Source of the DNA: an uncultured Acidobacteriota bacterium
GTDB lineage: Bacteria; Acidobacteriota; Thermoanaerobaculia; Multivoradales; JBCCEF01
Assembly: GCA_963843275.1 (NCBI GenBank)
Contig: CAWJJM010000012.1
Location: 623,753 to 687,752 of the forward strand
Length of the DNA stretch: 64,000 bases
Reading direction: 5' to 3'
Of this stretch, positions 19,271 to 27,910 are shown one piece after another. Both the position numbers and the translations under genes were made by a program. The notes beneath the pieces were generated by a model, which was not told the origin of the DNA, ran no database searches, and worked only from the letters and a program-made list of their open reading frames with translations. Within the stretch, counting starts at the first letter, position 1, and the number at the start of each line of letters is the position of its first letter.

Positions 19271-19698
19271 GGTTCCCGCACCTGCTGGTGGTGGAGGCAC
19301 CGCCCGAGGCCTTCGCGACGCTGGTGGCGGCGGCGGCCGGCGACGGGGCGCGGCTGGGCTGGCTGGACTGGTCGCCGGCGCCGCCGCTCCTGCCGCCCGA
19401 CCTCGAGGCGGCGGCGGCCCTGGGGGTGCTGCGGGCGGTCGCGGTGGCGCCCGGTCGGGCGGTGACCGTCAAGCCGCTGGCCGGTCCGGCGGTGCTCCGC
19501 GACCTGGTGCGCGAGCACTTCCTGGGGTGCCGCGCCCTGCTGGTGCGCGGCGCAGCTCCGGCGGCGGGGTGGCGGCTGGATCCCGGGCCGGCCGGCGGCT
19601 GGCGCCTGAGCGCCCCCGGCGGCGCGGCGGAGACGCTGACCACGGCGGCGCTGCTGGCGCGGCTGCGGCGGCCCCGGCTGGAGGCGCGGCGCGGGTGA
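19267..19698 (+). CDS. hypothetical protein (143 aa)
   Basis: GTG 19267 overlaps the upstream stop (GTGA), in the frame of ORF 18451..19698. No recognisable motif and no P-loop. Confidence 0.35.
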   Translation: MRFPHLLVVEAPPEAFATLVAAAAGDGARLGWLDWSPAPPLLPPDLEAAAALGVLRAVAVAPGRAVTVKPLAGPAVLRDLVREHFLGCRALLVRGAAPAAGWRLDPGPAGGWRLSAPGGAAETLTTAALLARLRRPRLEARRG

Positions 19699-19723
19699 GA
19701 GGTCCCGGATCGGGACGGTAGGC

Positions 19724-19740
19724 CGTCCAGAAGCTGGACG
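19724..19740 (+). other. perfect 7-bp hairpin after the moaC-DUF1343-ORF unit
   Basis: CGTCCAG-aag-CTGGACG. It is followed by CCGCACG-AAAAAAA-CCGCACG rather than a T tract. Confidence 0.4.
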
Positions 19741-19777
19741 CCGCACGAAAAAAACCGCACGGCAAGGGCTTTCTGCC

Positions 19778-19793
19778 TGGCAGCGCCCTTGCT
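19778..19793 (+). promoter_or_regulatory. candidate sigma-54 (-24/-12) promoter upstream of the GGDEF gene
   Basis: TGGCAG-cgccc-TTGCT versus the consensus TGGCAC-N5-TTGCW. The GG-N10-GC spacing is exact. It lies about 27 nt upstream of ATG 19820, which has a GGAGGGG SD. Confidence 0.4.
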
Positions 19794-19819
19794 CCCGGAA
19801 GGCCCGCGGAGGGGCGGCC

Positions 19820-20944
19820 ATGAAGCAACGACGGCGGGGCGGGGGCGAGGGCGCCGAACGGCTGGCGCGGCGCCGCCGGGCGCGCGAGCGCAACGTGTTG
19901 CTGGGAGCCGTGGGACTGCAGCTCGGCTTCGCCACGGCGGCGGCGCTGCGGCTTCTCGGGCGCGCGGAGGTGGAGCTCTGGCAGCTCGGCTTGCTGGCCC
20001 TGGGCGCCGACGCCTGGTTCTTCGCCCTCTGGCTGACACCGCGCCTGGGGTGGGACCGCTGGCTCACCTGGGACCCGAAGTTCCTCTACCTGCCTCCCCT
20101 CTCGGCGGTGGTGATCCTCGATCTGCTGACCGTGCTGGTTCCCGAGACCCGGTCCCTCCTCTTCGCCGGGTTCTTCCTCATCCTGCTCTTCGGCGTCGGC
20201 ATCGCGAGCTTCCGGGAGGTCCTCGCCTTCTCGTCGATCCTGGCGCTGGGCTACGTCGTCACCCTGCGCTGGCTGGCCGCCGCCAGCCGCGTCGAGGTCG
20301 ATTGGATCGCCGTCACCGGACACGCCATCTTCCTGCTCGGCGCCGGCACCTATGCGGCTCTCGTCCTCGACCGCGCGCGCCGCGGCCGCGAGGAGACGCA
20401 GGAGCTGCGCCGTCGCCTGGCGCGGCTCGCGCTCGTCGATCCGCTGACCGAGCTGCCGAACCGGCGACGCTTCGAGGAGGTCGCCGGAGCGGAGGCGACC
20501 GGGGTGGCGCAGGGCTTCGGGGTGTGCAGCTTCGCCCTGCTCGACCTCGACCGGTTCAAGGAGTTCAACGACCGCTGGGGCCACTTCGCAGGCGACGAGG
20601 CGCTGCAGGCGCTGGGGGCCCTGCTGCGCTCGCAACTGCGCGCCAGCGACATGGTGGCGCGCATCGGCGGCGAGGAGTTCGCCGCCATCTGTACCGGCGC
20701 CGACCGCCAGGCCGCCGTCGCCGTCGTCGAGCGCCTGCGCTCGGCCGTGGCCGCGCATCCGTTCCCCGGTCCCCACGGACCGTTGCACCTGACGATCAGC
20801 GGCGGCGTCGCCACCATGCCCGACGACGGCGCCGACTACCGCCAGGCGATGGAGAACGCCGACCGGGCGCTCTACGAGGCCAAGCGGCGGGGGCGCAACC
20901 GGGTGGTCGCCTACGCACCGCTGCTCGACCGGCGCCAGGCCTGA
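19820..20944 (+). CDS. membrane-anchored diguanylate cyclase (GGDEF domain)
   Basis: N-terminal multi-TM region followed by DPLTELPNRRRFEE, DLDRFKEFNDRWGH.AGDEAL, the active-site RIGGEEFA motif and ADRALYEAKRRGRNRV. Confidence 0.9.
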   Translation: MKQRRRGGGEGAERLARRRRARERNVLLGAVGLQLGFATAAALRLLGRAEVELWQLGLLALGADAWFFALWLTPRLGWDRWLTWDPKFLYLPPLSAVVILDLLTVLVPETRSLLFAGFFLILLFGVGIASFREVLAFSSILALGYVVTLRWLAAASRVEVDWIAVTGHAIFLLGAGTYAALVLDRARRGREETQELRRRLARLALVDPLTELPNRRRFEEVAGAEATGVAQGFGVCSFALLDLDRFKEFNDRWGHFAGDEALQALGALLRSQLRASDMVARIGGEEFAAICTGADRQAAVAVVERLRSAVAAHPFPGPHGPLHLTISGGVATMPDDGADYRQAMENADRALYEAKRRGRNRVVAYAPLLDRRQA

Positions 20945-20980
20945 CGGTCGGTCGACCGCCGGCGCCGCTAGAATCCCGGC

Positions 20981-22111
20981 ATGCCGCCCGCCGCGGATCT
21001 CGCGCGCTTCCGCGCCAACCTGCAGTCGGAGGTCGACGGCGCGGCGCTCTACCGCGCCCTGGCCGGCGCCGAGCGGGACCCGCGCCTCGCCGGCGTCTAC
21101 GCGCGCCTCGCCGAGTCGGAGGAGCGCCACGCGCGCTTCTGGCGCGACCGCCTGGCGGCCGCCGGCGTCGCGCCCCCGGCGCCGCGACCGAGCTGGCGGG
21201 CCCGCGTCCTGGCCGCCCTGGCGCGCCGTTTCGGCCCCGGCTTCGTGTTGCCGACGGTGGCCGGCCACGAGGCCGCGGACAGCTCCGGCTACCGCCACCA
21301 GCCCGAGTCGAGCGGCACCGCGCTGCCCGCCGACGAGGCCTCGCACCACCGCGTCCTGTCCACGGTCCTGGCCGGCGTCCGCGGCGGCGTCGAGGGGGCC
21401 TGGCTGGCCCGTCTCGAGGGGCGCCACCGCGGCGTCGGCGGCAACGCGCTGCGGGCGGCGGTGCTCGGCGCCAACGACGGCCTGGTCTCCAACCTCAGCC
21501 TGGTGATGGGGGTCGCCGGCGCCAATCTGGCGAATCGGGCGGTGCTGCTCACCGGCCTCGCCGGGCTGCTCGCCGGCGCCATCTCGATGGCCCTCGGCGA
21601 GTGGCTCTCGGTGACCAGCTCGCGCGAGCTCACCGAGCGGCAGATCGCCATCGAGGCCGAGGAGCTGGCCGAGCACCCGGAGGAGGAGGAGGCCGAGCTC
21701 GCGCTGATCTACGAGGCCAAGGGGCTCGACCCGGAGATGGCGCGGGAGCTGGCCGCCCAGCTCGTCCGCCGGCAGGACCGGGCGCTCGACACCCTCGCCC
21801 GCGAGGAGCTGGGGGTCGACCCCGAGGAGCTCGGCGGCTCGGCCTGGGAGGCGGCGGTGACGTCGTTCGTGCTCTTCGCCGTCGGCGCCGTGCTGCCGGT
21901 GGCGCCGTTCGCCCTGTTCGCCGGCTCGGCCGCCACCCTGGTCAGCCTCGCCGCCAGCACCGTGGGGCTCTTCGTCGTCGGTGCCGCGATCACCCTGTTG
22001 ACCGGCCGTGGCGTCTGGTTCTCGGGGCTGCGCCAGACCCTGTTCGGGCTCGGCGCCGCCGCCGTCACCTACGGGATCGGCTGGTTGATGGGGGTGAGCC
22101 TCGGTGGCTGA
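20981..22111 (+). CDS. VIT1/CCC1-family iron/manganese transporter with N-terminal ferritin-like domain
   Basis: N-terminal rubrerythrin/ferritin-like helices (EVDGAALYRALAG...ESEERHARFW). The C-terminal VIT1 domain carries LRAAVLGANDGLVSNLSLVMGVAGA and C-terminal TM helices. Confidence 0.85.
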   Translation: MPPAADLARFRANLQSEVDGAALYRALAGAERDPRLAGVYARLAESEERHARFWRDRLAAAGVAPPAPRPSWRARVLAALARRFGPGFVLPTVAGHEAADSSGYRHQPESSGTALPADEASHHRVLSTVLAGVRGGVEGAWLARLEGRHRGVGGNALRAAVLGANDGLVSNLSLVMGVAGANLANRAVLLTGLAGLLAGAISMALGEWLSVTSSRELTERQIAIEAEELAEHPEEEEAELALIYEAKGLDPEMARELAAQLVRRQDRALDTLAREELGVDPEELGGSAWEAAVTSFVLFAVGAVLPVAPFALFAGSAATLVSLAASTVGLFVVGAAITLLTGRGVWFSGLRQTLFGLGAAAVTYGIGWLMGVSLGG

Positions 22112-23774
22112 GTGCGCCGCGCGGGAAGGCGGCTTCCGGAGGCGCCGCCGGACGGCCGTGGCGGCCGGCCTGCTGGCCCTCGCCCTGGCGCCGGCGGGTA
22201 CCGCCCGCGGCGGCGCGGCGGAGGATGCCGTCGCGGACCCCTTCGCCGACTGCGGCGAGGTCATCGGCCGGATCGACTTCCGCGCCCTCGACGTCTTCGA
22301 CACCCGGGACCCGCGCGAGGACCGGCTGCTGTTCCGCCTCGCCAACCGGCTGCACGCCACCACCCGCCAGGGCGTGATCGAGCACCAGCTCCTCTTCGCC
22401 CCCGGGGATCCCTACGACCCGCGCCTGCTCGCCGAGTCGGCACGCCTGCTGCGCGGCAACCGCTACCTCTACGACGCGGCGGTGCGGCCCACCTCCTGCC
22501 ACGCCGGACAGGTCGACGTGGAGGTCGTCACCCGCGACGTCTGGACGCTGAACGTGGGAGCGGGGGTGGGGCGCGCCGGCGGCAAGAACCGCAGCCACGT
22601 CCTGCTGCAGGACACCAACCTCCTCGGCACCGGCAAGTCGGTGACCCTCGAGCGCCGCAGCTCGGTCGACCGCACCACCGAGCTGGTGCGCTACGTCGAC
22701 GACCAGGTCGGGGGCAGCCGGCTGCGCCTCGACGCCTCGGTCGCCGACCACAGCGACGGCGGCAGCCGGACCCTCTCCCTGGACCGGCCCTTCTACTCGC
22801 TCGACGCGCGCTGGGCGGGCGGCGTGTACGGCCGGCGGGACGACCGCGTGGACCACCTCTACCGGCTCGGCCGGGTGAGCGACCGGTTCCGGCACCGCCA
22901 GGACATCGTCGAGCTGCGCGGCGGCCGGTCGCAGGGGCTGGTCGGCGGCTGGGCGCGGCGCTGGAGCGCCGGCTTCACCTACCGGCGCGACCGCTTCTCG
23001 GCCGTGGCGGCGGACGGCGGCGACCCGGGCACCTCGGCGGTCCCGCCCGAGCGCACCCTCGCCTACCCGTGGATCGCCTTCGACGCGGTCGAGGACGGCT
23101 GGGTGACGGTCTCCGACCACGACCAGATCCACCGCACCGAGGACCTCGACCTCGGCGGCCGCTTCCACGCCCTGGTCGGCGTCTCCACCCCGGCCCTGGG
23201 CGGGGCGTCGGCGGCGGTGTTCGCGGCGTCGGCGGCGCGCGGCCTCGCACCCGCCGAGCATCACACCCTGGTCGCCCGGGCCGAGGTCGCCGGGCGTTGG
23301 GACCGGCGAGGGGCCGCCGACACCGTGGCGTCGGCCGCGCTGCGCTGGTACTGGCGGGACGTCGGCGACCAGCTCTTCTTCGCCACCCTCGAGGGCACCG
23401 CCGCCGAGCGGCTCGACCCCGAGGAGCAGATCGTGCTCGGCGGCGAGGAGGGGCTGCGCGGCTATCCGCTGCGCTACCAGAGCGGCGACCGGCGGCTCCT
23501 GCTCACCCTCGAGCAGCGGATCTTCACCGACCTCTACCCGTTCCGCCTGGTGCACGTCGGCGGCGCGGTGTTCTTCGACGTCGGCCGCACCTGGTCGGCG
23601 GCGGCCGATCCGGACGCCCGCGGCTGGCTGCGCGACGTCGGCGTGGGGCTGCGGTTCGCTCCCAGCCGCTCCGGGCTCGGCGGCATGGTCCACCTCGACC
23701 TCGCCTTCCCCCTCGACGGCGACGGGTCGATCGAGCGGGTGCAGTGGCTGGTCTCGACGAAGGACACCTTCTGA
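22104..23774 (+). CDS. Omp85/BamA-superfamily outer-membrane protein (POTRA plus surface-antigen beta-barrel)
   Basis: GTG 22104 overlaps the VIT1 gene by 8 nt. It has a signal (RRRRRTAVAAGLLALALAPAGTA) and a POTRA-like segment (IGRIDFRALDVFD...). Barrel motifs are LGGEEGLRGYPLRY and the C-terminal ...VQWLVSTKDTF. Confidence 0.7.
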   Translation: MAECAAREGGFRRRRRTAVAAGLLALALAPAGTARGGAAEDAVADPFADCGEVIGRIDFRALDVFDTRDPREDRLLFRLANRLHATTRQGVIEHQLLFAPGDPYDPRLLAESARLLRGNRYLYDAAVRPTSCHAGQVDVEVVTRDVWTLNVGAGVGRAGGKNRSHVLLQDTNLLGTGKSVTLERRSSVDRTTELVRYVDDQVGGSRLRLDASVADHSDGGSRTLSLDRPFYSLDARWAGGVYGRRDDRVDHLYRLGRVSDRFRHRQDIVELRGGRSQGLVGGWARRWSAGFTYRRDRFSAVAADGGDPGTSAVPPERTLAYPWIAFDAVEDGWVTVSDHDQIHRTEDLDLGGRFHALVGVSTPALGGASAAVFAASAARGLAPAEHHTLVARAEVAGRWDRRGAADTVASAALRWYWRDVGDQLFFATLEGTAAERLDPEEQIVLGGEEGLRGYPLRYQSGDRRLLLTLEQRIFTDLYPFRLVHVGGAVFFDVGRTWSAAADPDARGWLRDVGVGLRFAPSRSGLGGMVHLDLAFPLDGDGSIERVQWLVSTKDTF

Positions 23775-23908
23775 GCCGGAGGGCCGCCCGGCGGGGTGGG
23801 CGCGCCGCGCCGCGGGGTGGCGGGCTCTGCTAGGATGAAGGGCCAGCGGTGACGGGCTCCGCAGGCGGGTGGACGCGCGGCCCGGAGGCAAGAGAGAGAG
23901 CGACCGGG

Positions 23909-23936
23909 ACCTAGCCGCGGGCTAGGTCTTTTTCTT
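23909..23936 (+). terminator. intrinsic terminator hairpin 17 nt upstream of the korA start
   Basis: ACCTAGCC-gcg-GGCTAGGT, a perfect 8-bp stem, followed by CTTTTTCTT. Confidence 0.65.
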
Positions 23937-23952
23937 GAGATCAGGGGAACCG

Positions 23953-25826
23953 ATGGAGACGATGGTCCAGGATGCGCCGGACGCCCCGGGGCGGACCGGC
24001 CGCGAGCGCTTCCACGAGGTGGTGATCCGTTTCGCCGGCGACTCCGGCGACGGCATGCAGCTCACCGGCAGCCAGTTCACCACCACCTCGGCGCTGGTCG
24101 GCAACGACCTGTCGACGCTGCCCGACTTCCCGGCCGAGATCCGCGCCCCGGCGGGCACCCTGCCGGGCGTCTCCGCCTTCCAGGTGCGGATCGCCGACCA
24201 CGACATCCACACCCCCGGCGACACCCCCGACGTGCTGGTGGCGATGAACCCGGCGGCGCTGAAGAAGGAGCTCGGCGACCTCGCCGCCTCCGGGGTGGTG
24301 ATCGTCAACACCGACGAGTTCAACCAGCGCAACCTCACCAAGGCGGGCTACGACGCCAACCCGCTGGAGGACGGCTCGCTCTCCGGCTTCCGTCTCTACG
24401 CGGTGGAGCTGACCACGCTGACCCGGCGGACGCTCGAGGACACCGCCCTCGACGTCAAGTCCAAGGACCGCTGCAAGAACTTCTTCGCCCTGGGGATGGT
24501 GTACTGGATGTTCTCCCGCCCCCTCGGCCCCACGGAGAAGTGGATCGAGCGCAAGTTCTCCAAGCGTCCCGAGCTCGCCGAGGCCAACGTGCGGGTGCTG
24601 AAGGCGGGCTGGAACTTCGCCGAGACCACCGAGATCTTCCAGGTGCGCTACGAGGTGGAGCCGGCGCGGCTCGCGCCCGGCACCTACCGCAACGTCCTCG
24701 GCAACACGGCGCTCGCCCTGGGGCTGGTGGCGGCCTCGCGGCGCAGCGGCCTGCCGCTGTTCCTCGGCGCCTACCCGATCACCCCGGCCTCGAGCCTGCT
24801 CCACGAGCTGTCGGCGCTCAAGCAGTTCGGGGTCACCACCTTCCAGGCCGAGGACGAGATCGCCGCCGTGTCGGCCGCCATCGGGGCGGCGTTCGGCGGC
24901 GCCCTGGCGGTGTCGGCGTCGTCGGGGCCGGGGATCGCCCTGAAGTCCGAGGCGATGAACCTGGCCGTGATGACCGAGCTGCCGCTGGTGGTGGTCGACG
25001 TCCAGCGCGGCGGCCCGTCGACCGGCCTGCCCACCAAGACCGAGCAGTCGGACCTCCTGCAGGTGCTGTTCGGGCGCAACGGCGAGTCGCCGCTGCCGGT
25101 GATCGCGGCCTCGTCGCCCAAGGACTGCTTCGCCGCCGCCATCGAGGCCTGCCGGCTGGCGGTGCGCCACATGGTGCCGGTCGTGCTGCTGTCGGACGGC
25201 TACATCGCCAACGGGTCGGAGCCCTGGCGGCTGCCGGACGTGGGCGGCCTGCCCGACCTGCGCACCGACTTCCACACGGCGGCCGACGGCTTCGCCCCCT
25301 ACGCCCGCGACGAGGAGACCCTGGCGCGGCCGTGGGCGGTGCCCGGGACCCCCGGGCTCGAGCACCGGATCGGCGGCCTGGAGAAGGAGGACGTCACCGG
25401 CAACGTCTCCTACGACCCGGCCAACCACGAGCGGATGACCCGGCTGCGGGCGGAGAAGGTCGAGCGCATCGCCGGCGAGCTGCCGCCCACCGAGGTCGAG
25501 GGTGACGCCGAGGGCGGCGAGCTGCTGGTCGTCGGCTGGGGCTCGACGGCCGGCGCCATCCACGGCGCCGTCGCCGCCGCCCGGCGCGACGGTCTGTCGG
25601 TGTCGCGGGTCCACCTGCGGTTCCTCAACCCGCTGCCCGCCGACCTCGGCGAGGTCCTCGGACGGTTCCGCCGCGTGTTGGTGCCGGAGCTGAACACCGG
25701 CCAGCTCGCCCTGCTGCTGCGCGCCCGCTACCTGGTGGACGTCGAGACCTACTCGAAGGTCCAGGGGCGCCCCTTCTTCCGCTCCGAGATCGAAGACCGC
25801 ATCCGCGACATCCTGGGAGGGCGCCG

Positions 25827-25830
<4 letters not shown>
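23953..25830 (+). CDS. korA: 2-oxoglutarate/2-oxoacid:ferredoxin oxidoreductase subunit alpha
   Basis: VIRFAGDSGDGMQLTGSQFT...DFPAEIRAPAGTLPGVSAFQV is the KorA N-terminal signature. ORF 23935 opens with TTG; the first ATG is 23953, with GGGGA upstream. Confidence 0.9.
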
Positions 25831-26882
<1,052 letters not shown>

Positions 26883-26905
26883 GCGGGGAGCGCGGGGCGG
26901 GCGGG

Positions 26906-27328
26906 GTGGATCCGGACGCTGCCCGCGGCGGCGCGACCCGGCCCCTGGTGATCCTCGCCCACGGCGACGGCTGGCCGATCCGCTTCGGCGCCTCCTCGCT
27001 CGCCGCCTCGTCCGTCGCCGCCGGCCAGCCGGTCGAGCTCGTCCTCTTCTTCGCCGCGCTGGCCGCCTGGGTCGGGGATCGCTGGGACGATCCCGAGCCC
27101 GGCGCGCCGCGCCGCGCCGACGGCTCGGCCGCCCCGGACCTCCCGTCGCTCACCGGCCTGCTGGCCCCCGCCCGCGAGCGCGGCCTGCTCCGCCTCTACG
27201 CCTGCTCCGCCTCGGCCCACCTGCTCGGCCTCGACCCCGCCGCCGTCCAGGCCCGGGTCGACGTCCTCGCCGGCTGGCCCACCTTCCATCGGCGGATCCG
27301 CGGGGCTGAGTGGGTGGTGTCATTGTAA
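26906..27328 (+). CDS. DsrE/DsrF-like (DrsE_2-type) family protein
   Basis: GTG 26906 in the frame of ORF 25892..27328. The layout LVILAHGDG...ELVLFFAALAA...LLRLYACSASAHLLGLD resembles DsrE-fold proteins. The assignment is tentative. Confidence 0.45.
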   Translation: MDPDAARGGATRPLVILAHGDGWPIRFGASSLAASSVAAGQPVELVLFFAALAAWVGDRWDDPEPGAPRRADGSAAPDLPSLTGLLAPARERGLLRLYACSASAHLLGLDPAAVQARVDVLAGWPTFHRRIRGAEWVVSL

Positions 27329-27349
27329 ATGTAGATGAACACTTCATTG
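27321..27349. other. isolated AT-rich element in an otherwise GC-rich region
   Basis: cattgtaaatgtagATGAAcacTTCATtg contains the perfect inverted repeat ATGAA-cac-TTCAT. A TCATTG direct repeat brackets about 18 nt. The element overlaps the stop of the DsrE-like ORF. Confidence 0.3.
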
Positions 27350-27377
27350 CCGGCGATGGTCGGCGCCCGCCGCCGAG

Positions 27378-27865
27378 GTGATCTTCCGCCATCCGGAGCT
27401 CCTCACCCGGGAGGTCGCGGTGCCACCGGAGGGCGGCGCCGCCCTGGAGCTGGGGCCCGTGGAGCTGGCGCCGCGGTTGGTCTTCGAGACGACGGTGGAC
27501 TAGGAGCCGCTCGACGACCACCGGCGGGCAGTGCTCGAGCTGCACCGGTGCGGCAGGATGCGCTGCGACGAGGTGGTGGCGATCGAGCCGCTGGTCCGCG
27601 GCGTCCACGGCTACCGCTTCGTGGCCCCCTGCGCCTCGTCGCCGGTGGCCTGGCCCTTTCCACCGACGCGCTGGTCTTCGCCTATGGTCAGACGGGGGTC
27701 GGCTGGCCCTACATCCCCGACGCCGGCGGTGAGGTGACCCTCTACGGCCTCGACCGCCGCCAGGGGGGCGAGCTCACGGTGCGCTTCCGCTCCGGCGAGG
27801 AGGCGACGGTCGACCTCGGCCAGTTCGCGGGCGGGGGGAGCTACGGGGTCACCGTGGAGCCGTAG
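27378..27865 (+). pseudogene. disrupted ORF of unknown function (in-frame TAG at 27501-27503 plus a frameshift near 27625-27650)
   Basis: The coding-like translation continues across the disruptions. It reads VIFRHPELLTREVAVPPEGGAALELGPVELAPRLVFETTVD-stop-EPLDDHRRAVLELHRCGRMRCDEVVAIEPLVRGVHGYRFVAP. It then resumes in the frame of ORF 27335..27865 as LSTDALVFAYGQTGVGWPYIPDAGGEVTLYGLDRRQGGELTVRF. Confidence 0.3.
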
Positions 27866-27910
27866 AGTGCGAACGGTGGTCGGCGCGGGGGCGTCGGTCG
27901 CCGCGGTCCG

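Noticed and set aside
19267-19698. The small ORF after moaC/DUF1343 as a MobB-like molybdopterin-guanine dinucleotide protein.
   Set aside because: It has no Walker A/P-loop or other MobB motif. It remains hypothetical.
19741-19761. The CCGCACG-A7-CCGCACG direct repeat as a repeat array or CRISPR-like feature.
   Set aside because: It has only two 7-nt copies and no spacer-repeat periodicity. No cas genes lie anywhere in the window.
27501-27503. The in-frame TAG as programmed recoding (pyrrolysine or read-through).
   Set aside because: No pyl genes or recoding signals are visible. The same ORF also has a frameshift about 130 nt downstream. An error or decay is far more likely.
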